Of a DNA stretch of 41,035 nt, positions 10,138-22,581 are shown in pieces; position 1 is the first letter of the stretch; the number at the start of each line of letters is the position of its first letter. The position numbers were made by a program, and so were the translations under genes. Under the pieces are notes generated by a model. The model had not been told where the DNA came from. It saw nothing but the letters and a program-made list of their open reading frames with translations, and ran no database searches. The DNA is taken from the NCBI RefSeq assembly GCF_001194135.2, contig NC_068988.1:69444316-69485350 (forward strand). The letters run 5' to 3'. Origin of the DNA: Octopus bimaculoides (lineage: Eukaryota).

Positions 10138-10785
10138 CAGACATGGTTGTGTGGTAAAAAGTTTGCTTCCAAATCACATGGTTCCTGGTTGAGTCTCACT
10201 GCATGGCACCTTGACCGAGTGTCTTGTGTGCTATAGTTCCAGGTCAACCAAAGATTTGTGAGTGGATTTTGTAGATGGAAACTGAAAGAAGCCTCTTGTA
10301 AACTAGTTTAAAGGATAGCAGGCAATGTGTTGTCTCATTCATGCTTGCGAAGATCTGAATCGAAGGTGGTATTTAAAAACTTTGCAGATGGACATCTCCT
10401 TGACAGGGAAGTGGTTCTTAAGACATGCAATCTCTTCAAGCAAACATGTGTTTAAACATCAATTGACAACCATATTGTGGTTGTACGACCCCTGTTGATT
10501 GAAAGTGGTCCATGGCCAGCATGTAGAGCACCCTGATAAATGAGGTGGGTACAGCAATTCCTTGTTTGAACCCCATAACTTAATATGTATATATTATCTA
10601 AGTATATATGTTCTTTGTGTTTGTCCCTCGGTTAGTGTTGGTTTGTTTACGTCCTTATAACCTAGCAGTTCAGCAAAAAAGAGGCTGATAAAATAAGTGT
10701 GAAACTTGGGAAAGAAAATTAAATGTATTGCAATCAATTTGTTCAATTAAACCCTTCAAGGTGGTGCCCCAGCAGGACCATTTTC
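10138..10785 (+). mobile_element. SINE family B, split by an insertion at about 10300-10575
   Basis: tRNA-like head (TGGTTGTGTGGTAAAAAG..GGTTGAGTCTC) and body to AACTGAAAGAAGCC (about 10295). The tail TTTGTCCC..GTTTACGTCC..GGTGGTGCCCCAGCAGG resumes at about 10590-10785. Confidence 0.7.
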
Positions 10786-11479
10786 CAATAAAAGTAAGAT
10801 TTGTTCATAGATTTTTTCATCCATTTCCATTTTTTTTTTTTTTGTAATCAACATAAAAACTATATATGCACAATTACAAAAAATGTAATTCAAAGTGAAA
10901 AAAAAACAAATAATTTCTAATGAGATTGACACATGATAAAATATGGTTGTCATGTTTTATTGAAGAATATTTGCACAAAGATCCAGCTTGATAATTACAT
11001 TATATGATTTTAAAATAAGGTTAATTTATATTTGACTAAATTTAGGTTGTGTTTTATGTCAAGTTAAAAAATTGATTTATGACTCTTGTACAAAGATCAT
11101 AAGAGAATTAGTGAACTGAATGTAACAGCCATAGCATCATAATCATTCTCCTTTAACGTCTACTTTCCATGCTGGCATGGGTTGGACCAATATGACTGGT
11201 ATTTATTTCATTGGTGCTGGGGTCAAAGATGAAACAGAAAGATGACATCAATGGGATTAATTCTAAGAAGTTATCGGGGTTATGATAATGATAATAATAG
11301 TGATGATAATGCTGGTGATGATTCCTTATTAGCTGTAATGGGTTGAAAAATATCAAGGGTAGTATGGTATGATACAATGTGGTATTCTATATAAACAAGA
11401 GAAATAGCAAAAGCAAAGGACAAGAAATTAAACAAATCAAAGAAACATTCCCCAAAATGAAAGAAACTTCCAAGGGTTA

Positions 11480-12010
11480 CTTGTGAAGGGTTTCTTTCCT
11501 AAAAAGGAAACTGCAGGAGAAGTATTTAACCAAAAACAAAAAAAAACTCTGGACTTAGATTTTGTTGACATGAAGAAAGTCTTTACCAGGGACCCTTGCT
11601 CTCTTATCAGATGGTCAATGTGAAAGCTGGAGATATATAAGTGGTTGGTGATAGTTGTACAAGTCATGTATAGGGATGCTATCAGCAAGGTGAAAGTCAG
11701 CAATGAGTAAAGCAATGAATTTAGTGTACAGGTAGTTCACCAAAGATCAGTTATCAGCCCTCTCTTGTTTATCATAGCTCTCCAGAACTCCAGAAGGATT
11801 TAAATCTGGTTGTCCTTGGGAGCTCCTCTAAGCTAACAACCTTGTTCTTATTGTTGAATCACTTCCAGGACTAGAGAAGAAATTTCAGGTGTGGAAGCAA
11901 GGTCTGGAATCAAATGGCCTTAGAGTTAATTGAGCAAAGACCAAAGTCCTAGTAAGTGGGAAAACAGACAAATTGCTGATTCCTTCAGGGATACGGCCTT
12001 GATTCATATG
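11480..12010 (+). mobile_element. RTE-clade LINE reverse-transcriptase fragment
   Basis: Homologous to 22876-23060 and 26400-26880 (FVDMKKVF; VHQ-SV-SPLLFIIAL; CPWELL*ANNLVLIVESL..LEKKFQVWKQGLES). Confidence 0.85.
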
Positions 12011-12012
12011 TA

Positions 12013-12378
12013 CAAGGTTGTATCATAAAGTCCCAGGACTAGTTATGTTTATTAAAAAATAACATATTTACCTAAGTTCTAATATCATCTCCTTTGAAAT
12101 AGTCACCTTGCACAGCAATGCACTGGTCCCAGCATTCCTGTCATTTTTGGGATCTGGCCTGGAAGTCATTTTCTGTAAATAAGTTGAGGACTGTCTGCAA
12201 TTTGCTCTTGATCTCAAAATTGGTTTTAAAATGGTGCCCTTTGAGCTGCATTTTTATCTTGGGGGAAGAGATGGAAGCCCACAAGTGCTAAATCTGGTGA
12301 ATAGGGCAGGTGTGGAAGCAATACCATGTTGTATTTGGTGAGAAAATCAAGAGTGAGGAGAGCTCGGTGACAGGGTGC
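12013..12378 (-). mobile_element. Mariner 3' half, inserted into the RTE fragment
   Basis: Minus strand HNNAPCHRALLTLDFLTKYNMVLLPHLPYSPDLA. The terminus TA|CAAGGTTGTATCATAAAGT directly interrupts the LINE. Confidence 0.85.
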
Positions 12379-12659
12379 ATTGTTGTGGGGAAGAGGTTTG
12401 ACAAGGATACACCACATGCAAACAGGTTCACAAGGGCACAAGGGAGAGAAGGAGGTAGATGGGAGAGTGATGAACATGGATGGAGGAAGGGGAGGTGTTA
12501 GAAAGATGAGCTGTTGGGGAGTGGTTTGTCAGGGAGAGCTTGTGTGTAGGGGTATGAACATACAGAGTATGTTTTTATGGCCTTGATATTTACTTAGCTG
12601 GATAGGTTTTCTCAAGTACAGCAAATTGTCAATCATCTCGACAAACACAGACACATACA

Positions 12660-12711
<52 letters not shown>

Positions 12712-12713
<2 letters not shown>

Positions 12714-13993
12714 GGGGTTGGACAAAATAATGGAAACACCTACAATCATAGCATCATAATTTTGAAATATCTATAAAACCGTCAAAAGCTTGTTTATTTT
12801 TATGTTATTTGATTTATTATTAGTTATTGCTTAATTGCTTAATATGTCTTGCTAAAATTGCTGTTTCTTTACAGATATCATCAGAAAAAGGTAATTAAAA
12901 TTCATTAAAATGACAGATCTATTGGACTTTCAAAGAGGTCAAAATGTTGGTGCTTGTATGGCAGGTTCTAGTGTTATGTTTGGTTTATCTAATGTTTGGT
13001 TTATCAAGAAGTACTGTCTCAAAAGTAATGACAGCCTTTGAGAAAGAGGGAAAAACGTCCTCATTGAAACAAAACTCTGGAAGAAAACCAAAACTTCAAT
13101 ATAGGGACCGTCGGACTCTTACACAAATTGTTAGAAAGGATTACAAAAGTACAATCCCAAAATTACTGCAGAGCTTAATGACCACATCGAGAACCCAGTT
13201 TCCACAAAAACTTTTAGCCAGGAGCTGCACAAAGCCTAATTTCATAGGAGGGCTGCAATAATAAAAACACTACTTTCAAAAACAAACGTTGCAAAGCATT
13301 TAGAGTGGAGTAAAAACCTACAGAATTGGTCCCGAGAGCAGTGGAAGAATGTTATTTCTCGGACGAGTCATCCTTTACCTTATTTCCGACCACTGGCTGA
13401 GTATACGTGTGGAGACAGCCAAAAGAAGCATTTGACCCAGACTTCCTTCTTCCAACTGTTAAACATGGAGGAGGATCTGTGATCATCTGGGGCGGCTATA
13501 TCTTGGAAATCCACTGGCCCAATGGTTTCCCTTCATGGCAGAATTAATAGTCAAGACTATTTAAGCATTTTGTCTGATCAAATTCATCCTATAGTTGCAG
13601 AACTGTTTCCAGAGGGAAACACAATCTTTCAGGATGATAATGCACCAATTCACACAGCTAAACGTGTTACTGAATGTTACGAGGCACATTCTAGTAAAGT
13701 TGAACATCTTATCGGGCCACCACAGCCCCCAGATCTCAATATAATTGAATATTTATAGTGCATTTTAGAAAAACAATTAAGGAGTCGATATCCTCCACCA
13801 TCATCACTACAAGAATTGGAGACTGTTTTAGCTGAAGAATGGACAAAAATTCCTTTGGAAACAATTCAAACTTTGTATGAGTCCATAACACATAGAATTC
13901 AAGCTGTAGTTACTGCCAAAGGCAGTCCTACCCCATATTAAAATAAATTTGTTTTAAATTTTAAGATGTTTCCATTATTCTGTCCAACCCCTG
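12712..13993 (+). mobile_element. Full-length (1282 bp) Tc1-family transposon with DD36E spacing (Incomer-like)
   Basis: 30-bp TIRs CAGGGGTTGGACAAAATAATGGAAACACCT / AGATGTTTCCATTATTCTGTCCAACCCCTG (2 mismatches) and TA flanks on both sides. Confidence 0.95.
12910..13940 (+). pseudogene. Tc1-like transposase, disrupted by frameshifts and stops
   Basis: MTDLLDFQRGQ..SGRKPKL..SDES..TVKHGGGSVIIWGAI..FQDDNAPIH..PDLNIIE..AKGSPTPY*. 36 residues separate the second D and the E. Confidence 0.9.
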
Positions 13994-14689
13994 TATGTAC
14001 CTATCTATGTGCATGTGTGTGTGTGTGTGGTGTGTGGTATGTGTGTGTAAGAGAGAGTGAGAGAGAGAGAGAGAGATAGACAGAGAGAGCAAGTGAGATA
14101 TGATGATATTTGCTTAATTAGAGAATAGAAATGATGGTGTATAGAATAGAAGCTTGTGCTTGTTATAACTGAAATATTGGTTTGCATATTTCATAGAATT
14201 TTCTTGTCAGTTTTGAAACTGTAAAGTTAGTGTATATAGAACAGCAATAGAATTGGCCTTAGAATGGTTACTGGCTAATCAAAATTAATTGCATCGTCTG
14301 GTAACAAAGCCATTATCCTTGAACTTAGCTAAGACAAACTTTTAGAATAGCAAACGTCTTAATTATAGCTACTCAAATTATTAGAAATTCAAAATAATGC
14401 CAACTCAAAATGATCGACCGGCCATGATGATGATAGCAGAGAGTTGTGTTGTTGTTGTTGTTGTCATCATCAGCGTCGTCATCAGTGGTGGTGGTGGTAG
14501 TGGTGGTGGTGGTGTGGTTGTGTTGGAGGAAGAGTAGCAATGATAATGATAAATGTACCATTAAAATATAATTTACCATTAGAATATAAAGTTGAAATTC
14601 AATTATTGTTTTCTTGATTCCTATATTTCTGCAGAATTATTCAAATGTAATAAATACACACACATACATATAAGCACAACCATACACAG

Positions 14690-14727
<38 letters not shown>

Positions 14728-15309
14728 ACAAACATACAGAAACAAATACATACAGAAACTCATATGTATATTTCTTCCAACTAAGCATAAATACATTCAT
14801 ATACATAGGTTTATATACACCTGGACACACATACTCACAAACATACAGTCACACATATGAACATATACACACAAACACACATGCACACTGAAATACACAT
14901 AGAGATACATATACATACAGGCATACATATATACACATACACATGCATGCGCACACGCACATAAGCTAACAGTGAATGAACTTTAGGAGAGGTATGAAAT
15001 TAAAACTGACAGAGATTTTACTCTGAGGAATAATGAAAATATCTTACTTGATGCAACCTTGAAATAAAAAAGAAATAGACCAGTTCACTAGGAAGAATAT
15101 ATGTATAGCTACCTGACTTCTTAAAACAAGAAACACGAACCATATAGAGAATAAATTACACTAAAAGCCTTGCAGAAGTTCATAACAACTTATCCTGAAC
15201 ATTGTCTTCTTACAATGAAAATACTAAGAATTCCCAGCCAAATTCATTTTATACAAAAGACTGAAATTATCAGCTTACAATAAATATAGGCTATATAGAG
15301 CACATGCTG

Positions 15310-15715
15310 ACTCCTAGACCACATCCAGAGAAGAGACACCTGGTTGATTGGCATTCGCTCGCTAAAGGACAAATTCCAGCCTCTGACCCACAGATGTGCA
15401 GTCTTCTCTCTTTTCTTTTATATTACTACAGAATTGGTTTCTACTCTTCCTCCACTCAGATATTCCTGGCCCCATAGTGCCACTTCCTCACATCATCCCT
15501 GTCATATCTGTTCACTCTCAACCTGCACTAACCATTATATTAAGTCCTTTCTTCCCCAAATATTGACCCTTAGAGATCTCTTCCTTACTAATGTCTTTCC
15601 TACATGTATTCACCTGCAACATTCTAACCAGAACTTTAATGGCATTGATCTTGCTAGCTTCAGAGTGTCTGCAAGGATCATGGATTCTTCCCCTTCCATT
15701 AAACATAGAAACTAA
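15310..15715 (+). mobile_element. CR1/L2-like LINE 3' fragment
   Basis: IQRRDTWLIG..QPLTHRCAVFSLFFY..TNHYIKSF..VFPTCIHLQH resembles the post-RT C-terminus of CR1/L2-group ORFs. Confidence 0.65.
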
Positions 15716-15968
15716 GAAAAAAAGAAAAAGGAAAAAAGAAAATAGTCTGGTGGCCAGCTGTAAACAGAGAGAATGAAAGATCTAAATTCTGTCTATTCTA
15801 ACATATCACTTGAAATAACTTTAATCAGATTGCTCAGTCAAAATGGTAGAATGTGAAATATTGTAAGGAATGTAAAATAGTAAAAGGAATGGAATTAGTT
15901 AAAAATTGAATGTTGTGAGGAATAGAATTGGTTAAACAGAATTGGTTGGTTTGACAGAAAGCACTTAC

Positions 15969-16010
15969 GTGGGATATTTGAATGAAGAATGAATTGGAGC
16001 AAAAATATAG
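15969..16010 (-). CDS. Candidate 42-bp exon of an unidentified gene
   Basis: Acceptor atttttcttAG and donor GTaagtg. All three frames are open; the phase 2-2 frame reads YIFAPIHSSFKYP. Confidence 0.35.
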
Positions 16011-16329
16011 CTAAGAAAAATCATTGAATGACTTGATGGTGTACACATTTATACAAACACAGAAATACAAAAATATACACATATATACTCATATACAAAC
16101 CCACACATATATATATATATTTACATCAACATTCTTAATACTCTTCTGACTGAAGAGTTAGAGGAGGAAACAAAAGAGTGCAACAGGGCAAATCAACAAT
16201 GGAATAAATTTCTAAGGGAATGTTGATGGAAACTTTCACAATATTTGATTATTTTATCAAACTAACAATGAGTAATTTTTATCTTGCAGAATCAATTAAC
16301 TCTTCTATCTGTAGATCATCATCATAATC

Positions 16330-16915
16330 ACCATCACCATCACCATCACCATCACCATCGTTTAATGTCTGTTCTTCATGCTGGCACAGGTTAGATAGTT
16401 TGACAGGAGCTGGTCAACTGGATAGCTGACCAATCTCTGTTTGACATGGTTTCTACGAATGGTTACCCTCCCTGTTGCCAACCACTTTACAGAGTGTACC
16501 AGAGGCTTTTAATGTGGCACCAGCATGTGGTTTAACAGGCACAAGTGGTTTTTCATGACACCAACACCTACAAGCCTGCAAAACCAGGATCTTTCAGCCA
16601 AGAAACAGATATAGAGGGCATGCCTGTATGTATGGGTGTCCACGATTTTATTTAGCTTAATGTATCATCTCAAACACAGCGAGCAGACAGAAGTCACAGT
16701 CCCTTATCATTTCCTCTGTGCAGCCCAAAGTCTGAAGGTCCTTTCTCACCACATTATTCTACGTTTTCCTGGGTTTACTTCTTCTGCACATTCCATTGAT
16801 TAGAACTGGTAAGCTGGAGATCTGCACTAGGCTCCAGTCATCTGTTTTAACTGGGATTTTACAGCTGGATACCTTTCTTAATGTCAACCATGGTTTGATT
16901 TAGCTTGATGTACCT
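16330..16915 (-). mobile_element. RTE LINE 3' tail fragments (rearranged)
   Basis: (CAT)n-CGTTTAATGTC..CATGCTGGCA..GGTT.. and CTACAGCTGGAT..CTT motifs shared with the other tail copies. Confidence 0.65.
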
Positions 16916-17474
16916 TCTAAAGCACAGTAATTCACCAGAAGTCACAGTCACTTGTCATCACTTACACACACATATGCATATATATATATATATATANNNN
17001 NNNNNNNNNNNNNNNNNNNNNNNNNNNNNNNNNNNNNNNNNNNNNNNNNNNNNNNNNNNNNNNNNNNNNNNNNNNNNNNNNNNNNNNNNNNNNNNNNNNN
17101 NNNNNNNNNNNNNNNNNNNNNNNNNNNNNNNNNNNNNNNNNNNNNNNNNNNNNNNNNNNNNNNNNNNNNNNNNNNNNNNNNNNNNNNNNNNNNNNNNNNN
17201 NNNNNNNNNNNNNNNNNNNNNNNNNNNNNNNNNNNNNNNNNNNNNNNNNNNNNNNNNNNNNNNNNNNNATCGCGAAATCGGTCGATACATAGTTGAGTTA
17301 TTTAAAAGAAAGCTGGTCTTCTTCTGTTGGTTGTTTTTCCTTGCATTCGGTACTAAATGTGTTTATTTTGGGAAGTCCAGTGTGTGGCATTATTCTGTAG
17401 TAATGCCCCTTATATAAATATAAATGAATAATTATATTCTTGGGGATAGAAATTTCCCTTATGAATTTATTAAT

Positions 17475-17536
<62 letters not shown>

Positions 17537-17544
17537 CATATAGA

Positions 17545-17795
17545 TATATATTTAATGAGCATCCAGTCCACTCTGTAAAGTGGCTGGTGTTTGGAAGGGC
17601 ATCCAGCTGTAAAAAACCATGCCACAACTGACCTCACCTGTGTCAGTGCCACATAAAAAGCACTCAGCCCACTCTATACAAAATAAACACAGAAACATGG
17701 ACCAGACTCCTACCTGGCCAGCTCTTTATCAAACCGTCCAACCCATGCCAGCATGGAAGGAGGATGTTAAACGATGATGACGATGATGATGATAT
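17545..17795 (+). mobile_element. RTE LINE 3' tail
   Basis: CACTCTGTAAAGTGG..GGAAGGGCATCCAGCTGTA..CCAACCCATGCCAGCATGGAA..TTAAACGATGATGA. Confidence 0.8.
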
Positions 17796-17865
17796 GAATG
17801 AGAAGCAGTACATGTGTTGTAAACATCGAACACACAGGCAAAGTATATACATTGTGCATGTGTGG

Positions 17866-17902
<37 letters not shown>

Positions 17903-18011
17903 TGTCCCCCTGGAGCCTTGGCTTACTGGCAGTGCCCCAGCATGGCCACAGCCTCAGGACTGAAGCATATAAAAAGATAAAAAAATAAAAGAATATAAAT
18001 CTGTATATATA

Positions 18012-18862
18012 TATTTTTATCTGGTGAAGGCCAGTTTATAGGGTTACTCTGTGTAGCATTACCAATGTAACCAACGCGACCACCATCACCACCGGTGGCA
18101 CAAACATCACCAGCCCCAGCTACATTATCTTCAGCATCAACAACAGCAACAACAACAACACCAGTAACAGCAACGACATCGACAGCCACAATTACAACAA
18201 CAGCAACAGCAGCAACAGTACCAATGGCAACAATTATAGACACGACAATAATAGACATCACATGCCCATGGGAATACATTGGTGGTATGGGAAATCCATT
18301 TAAGGCATGTGTTTCCAACCACAGATCCTCCTACCGGCTCCTGGAAAGGAGGTGCCAGCCATGTATGGCAACTAAAGGATGACAGAATTCCATACTTGAT
18401 CTCATTGAGAATCCTCAAAAGACCAAGCTTCTACAGAAACGGTATGAAACACTGCAAGCTATGCATAGCCAAACACATGAGGATTCTAAAGGGCTCACTA
18501 GAACCAGGGTCCATACTTAACTCCAGAATGGAGATTTTCGGACCATATTTGCATTTTAAGAATTTTCTGCTGGTCTTTTGAGAAATTGAAGTTAATAACT
18601 AGTGGGAGAGGAAGATAATCCCCTATTGTTCACCCTCATAGCCGATTCATGATGGCATGGCTGGAAGTCGATAGCTACTAGCAAAGGGAGATTATCCCCT
18701 TGTTTACCTTTGCATTTTGTATCGAGATTCTTTCCCTTCCATATTTTAAAGCGGTCTTACGCACTCAGGTGTTGGGGTCTGACAACACACCATAAAGTTG
18801 AACCCTTTATGGGCAGAAAACCCAGGATAACCCCATAAACTGACCTTCACCAGATAAAAATA
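18012..18862 (+). mobile_element. Penelope-like element remnant (GIY-YIG endonuclease C-terminus) bounded by 36-bp inverted repeats
   Basis: WEYIGGMGNPFKACVSNHRSSY (frameshift) ASHVWQLKDD..CKLCIAKH..LNSRMEIFG..H..FLL* at 18268-18581. The termini 18012-18047 and 18827-18862 match at 33/36 as reverse complements. Confidence 0.75.
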
Positions 18863-18934
18863 TAGACTGCTCTTTCTTAGAGTGTGCTTCTCTGGATTTA
18901 TATTTTTATATAATAACGATCTATGATCATCATT

Positions 18935-19225
18935 ATCATCATCATCATCGCCGTTTAACTTTCACTTTCCATGCTAGCATGGGTTGGACGATTTGACTGA
19001 GGACTGGTGGACCAGCAGGTGACGCCAGGCTTCAATCTGATTTGGCAGAGTTTCTACAGCTGGATGCCCTTCCTAATGCCAACCATTCTGAGAGTGTAGT
19101 GGATGCTTTTATGTGCCACCAGCACGAAGGCCAGTCAGGCGGTACTAGCAATGGCCACGCTTGAAATGGTGTATTTTACGTGCCACCTGTACAGCAGCCA
19201 GTCCATCAGCACTGGCAATGATCTA
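18935..19225 (-). mobile_element. RTE LINE 3' tail, well preserved
   Basis: Reverse complement of the tail at 24130-24325, ending in (GAT)n on its own strand. Confidence 0.85.
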
Positions 19226-19759
19226 TATATATATATGATTTAAACATCGAGGGGCCTGAATAGCATATTGGAACTAAAAACCAAACTAAGCAAACTGATT
19301 TATTTCTTTTCTCCCCACCTTTACAACTTTGCTGTTATTGCATCTCTTCCAACATGTTGCTCCCTCTATATATGTGACTATATAATTGCGTTGGATTGCC
19401 TATAGCTCCGTAGCATCTCCACACCCAGATTGTCTGTTTTGAATTCGCTCCTTTCTCTGAGATATTATGGGTGCATCCTTATCTAGCTATTGATCTATCT
19501 ATCGATCGATCTATCTCTCTTGAAGGTACAACTTTCAACTCACCTTTTCTTTCTTCTGAAATTATAGATTTATCTTTCAGTTCCTGTCAAATATTTCTAA
19601 TTCTTTCTCTCTATTTCTTGTGATAATATGGATGTAATATATATTTATCACTCCTACAAGTACTTTCAATTTCTGTCAGAAATTTTCAATTCTCCTCAAT
19701 AAATCTTCATAAAGGAATCTTATTACCTCCCCTCATCTCCACCTCTATATGTATGTGTA

Positions 19760-19802
19760 GTATGTTATACGTATGTATGTATGTATGTATGCATGCATGT
19801 AA

Positions 19803-19860
<58 letters not shown>

Positions 19861-19892
19861 GGATAGATGGATGGATAGATAGATAGATAGAT
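19760..19892. repeat. (TATG)n/(TAGA)n tetranucleotide microsatellites
   Basis: Visible runs. Confidence 0.95.
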
Positions 19893-19929
19893 ATTACACT
19901 TGACAATATTACAACCTGTGAATTGTTCT

Positions 19930-20600
19930 TGGGTGTGTAGTTATAATGCATGTGTATGAACAGCAATGCTACATGGTAGTGAGACATGTGGCCTGAATGA
20001 AGAGCACATGCAAAAGCTAGAGAGGAATGAAGCTGGTATGCTCCACTAGATGTGCAATGTCAGTGTACTGTACCTGTGTGACAGAGAACTAGCATGCAAA
20101 ACAGAAGACTGGGCTGGTTTTGGTTACGTGATGTGGATGGATGAAGACAGCTACATAAACAAATGTCAATCACTCAAAGTGGAGAGAAGTTGTGGAAAAT
20201 GGATAAAGTATTGAAGGCTGATCTCAAAATGCTGGGCCTTGTGAAAGAGATGACAAAGGACTGAGACAAGTTGCACATTGCTATAATCAAGAAGACTTTC
20301 CCACCACAGCAGAATGGGTATCCAAAAACCAAGGTACCACATAAAAGGCACTGGTGCTAGTGTCACTTAAAAAGCACTGGTGCTGGTGCCATGTAAAAGG
20401 CACTGGTGCTGGTGCCACATAAAAAGTACTGATGATGGTGCCATATAAAAAGCATCTAGTGCACTCTGTAAAGAGGTTGGCCTTAAGAAGGGCATCCAGC
20501 TACAGAAACGAAGCAAAAAACAGATTGTGGAACCTGGCGCAACCCCTGGCCATGCCAATTCCTGTCAAACCATTGAACCGGAATAGAAAGCAGAAATCAA
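19930..20600 (+). mobile_element. RTE LINE 3' fragment plus tail
   Basis: AMLHGSETCGL..LERNEAGML..MCNVS..LGWFWLRD.. homologous to 27200-27620, followed by the shared tail. Confidence 0.8.
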
Positions 20601-21449
20601 ATAATGAGGATGATAGTGGTGGTGGTGGTGGTGGTGGCGGCAGCTGCAGTTTTGTGTGTGTGTGTGTGTGTGTACATATATATGAAGGCTTTCTTCACAA
20701 TACAAAGCTTGACTAAGTCAGTGTATGCAATTCTCAATTCTCACATGAGACCTTATGAGACTTTTCAGACTCTAGTCTGTAGTTTTATAAAGATGCCCAC
20801 ATAAATTACACACTAGTTTTTGTGCAGTTTGAACTACTTGTGGTTATGATTTTAATAAACCTTGACATGTTTCTTCAAATCTCCTTGAAATTTAGAGATC
20901 TTGTGGCATATGTGATTATGTGATATTGTTAAGGGTGAACTGATCGATATGTTCTATAGTTCGATTACACAGGGGAACAATTTTGAACACAATTTCTGTT
21001 TAGTATGGTCTTTTGCTTGGTTTAGACTAAATTTGGCATGTTGATTTAAAAACTACACCCAGTTTTCTTCTATCACATAAAATTTGTTGTTCTTTGATAA
21101 TTTACTCTCTGAATAAGCACAATTGTCTTGTTTGTCCATAAATAATAGGGCTGGTCAGTTTTTATTATTTTATTGATAACACTGGGGGACATTCTTGAAA
21201 ATATTTTTTAGTTATCTTGCTTTTTACAATTACTCTTACTTAACTTCATGTTGCTGGTTTCAGAAATCCCCCCCCCCCCCCCNNNNNNNNNNAATTTTCT
21301 GTCACATCAAGTCTTTGTTAAGCAAGAATTAATTTTTTATCAAAAAAGGTCAATTTTACCATTAAATGCAATACTGAAATAAGAAACTCACACAAAACAA
21401 ATAATACTTGTTACTGTTTAACAAATATATTACACAAGATGTTTAATTA

Positions 21450-22581
21450 CACATTTTAGGGTGGCTATTTCTATTAAACTGGAGTTTCAGCTGCTCAAAG
21501 AGTGAATTTTTCTTTGCTGCATTGTATGAATGATAGTCCCCTTGCAAAGACCAGCAGTAGTCAGCCATCATGCTTGTGTTCCCCTTGCTTTGATATCTAG
21601 TCTCTATGGTCTCGATGTCCTTGGTGGAATTTGTCTCCTTGCTCATCACTTATTGCATTAGGATTTTCAAGGAACTAGTCCAGGTGACTGTGCAGGAGAT
21701 GTATTTTTACACTTATGTTGCAACCCAGTGCTCAAAAATAGGTTAACAGGGTCTGAACAAGTTCATGATAATTTGATCAGTTCTTGTTTCCCACAAATCA
21801 GACACAGCTGCAGCAAAAGCATTCCATTATTCTTTTACAAAGCCTGACATGATCTCCAAAAACTGCTCATCATACAACAGTCACCAAATTCGTGGCCTGT
21901 CAAACATACCAACCTTAATCTTCTCACAAGACAAAACTGAAAACATTCTGCTTAAGTATTTGAAACAGTCACTGTCTCAGAGTTTCAACATGTTTTCCAC
22001 ACTATTTGGGATGGACAGGCTTTGTCTTTATCACCCAGTTTCATGGTAAAGTGTGGAGGTGCAATGGCCCAGTGGTTAGGGCAGCAGACTCGCGATCATA
22101 GGATCGCGGTTTCAATTCCCAGACCGGGCGTTGTGAGTGTTTATTGAGCAAAAACACTTAAAACTCCACGAGGCTCCGGTAGGGGATGGTGGCAAATCCT
22201 GCTGTACTCTTTCACCACAACTTTCTCTCACTCTTACTTCCTGTTTCTGTTGTGCCTGTAATTCAAAAGGTCAGCCTTGTCACACTGTGTCACGCTGAAT
22301 ATCCCTGAGAACTACGTTAAGGGTAAACATGTCTGTGGAGTGCTCAGCCACTTGCATGTTAATTTCACGAGCTGGCTGTTCTGTTGATTGGATCAACTGG
22401 AACCCTCGACGTCGTAAGCGACGGAGTGCCAACAACCAACAACATGGTAAAGTAAGTAAGGTAGGCTTTTTTCACAAAATCTGTGATTTTGTTTGCAGCT
22501 TAGGTAAAGGGTAACATCCTCAAATATATAGCAGAAGACATCGAGGCTGTTTTTGCATTTTCTTCTCTCAAAACTGGCCAT
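21450..22581 (-). mobile_element. Chapaev(3)-like (CMC group) transposase relic, internally deleted and split by a SINE
   Basis: ATG at 22581: MASFERRKCKNSLDVFCYI..KITDFVKKAYLTYFT|MKLGDKDK..VWKTC..LSCEKIKVGMFD..HSHLD*..ISDEQG.KFHQDIETIETRYQSKGNTSMMADYCWSL. A possible terminus CACAGGGGAACAATT lies at 20968. Confidence 0.7.
22054..22442 (+). mobile_element. SINE family C (tRNA head), full length, 11-bp TSD
   Basis: A-box TGGCCCAGTGG and B-box GGTTTCAATTCC, tail (CAA)n, and TSD CATGGTAAAGT at 22042-22052 and 22443-22453. Confidence 0.9.

Noticed and set aside
15049-15060. Minus-strand micro-exon candidates (10 bp near 15050, 17 bp near 9580, 36 bp near 6500)
   Set aside because: Too short to tell from chance in AT-rich DNA, and their phases do not fit the main exon chain.
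18095-18260. Thr/Ala-rich mucin-like ORF
   Set aside because: A decayed (ACA/GCA)n low-complexity tract inside the Penelope-like remnant.
22054-22130. tRNA-like sequences (also at 10138, 29128, 33950 and 40863)
   Set aside because: They have A/B boxes but continue into SINE bodies with tails and TSDs, so they are not tRNA genes.
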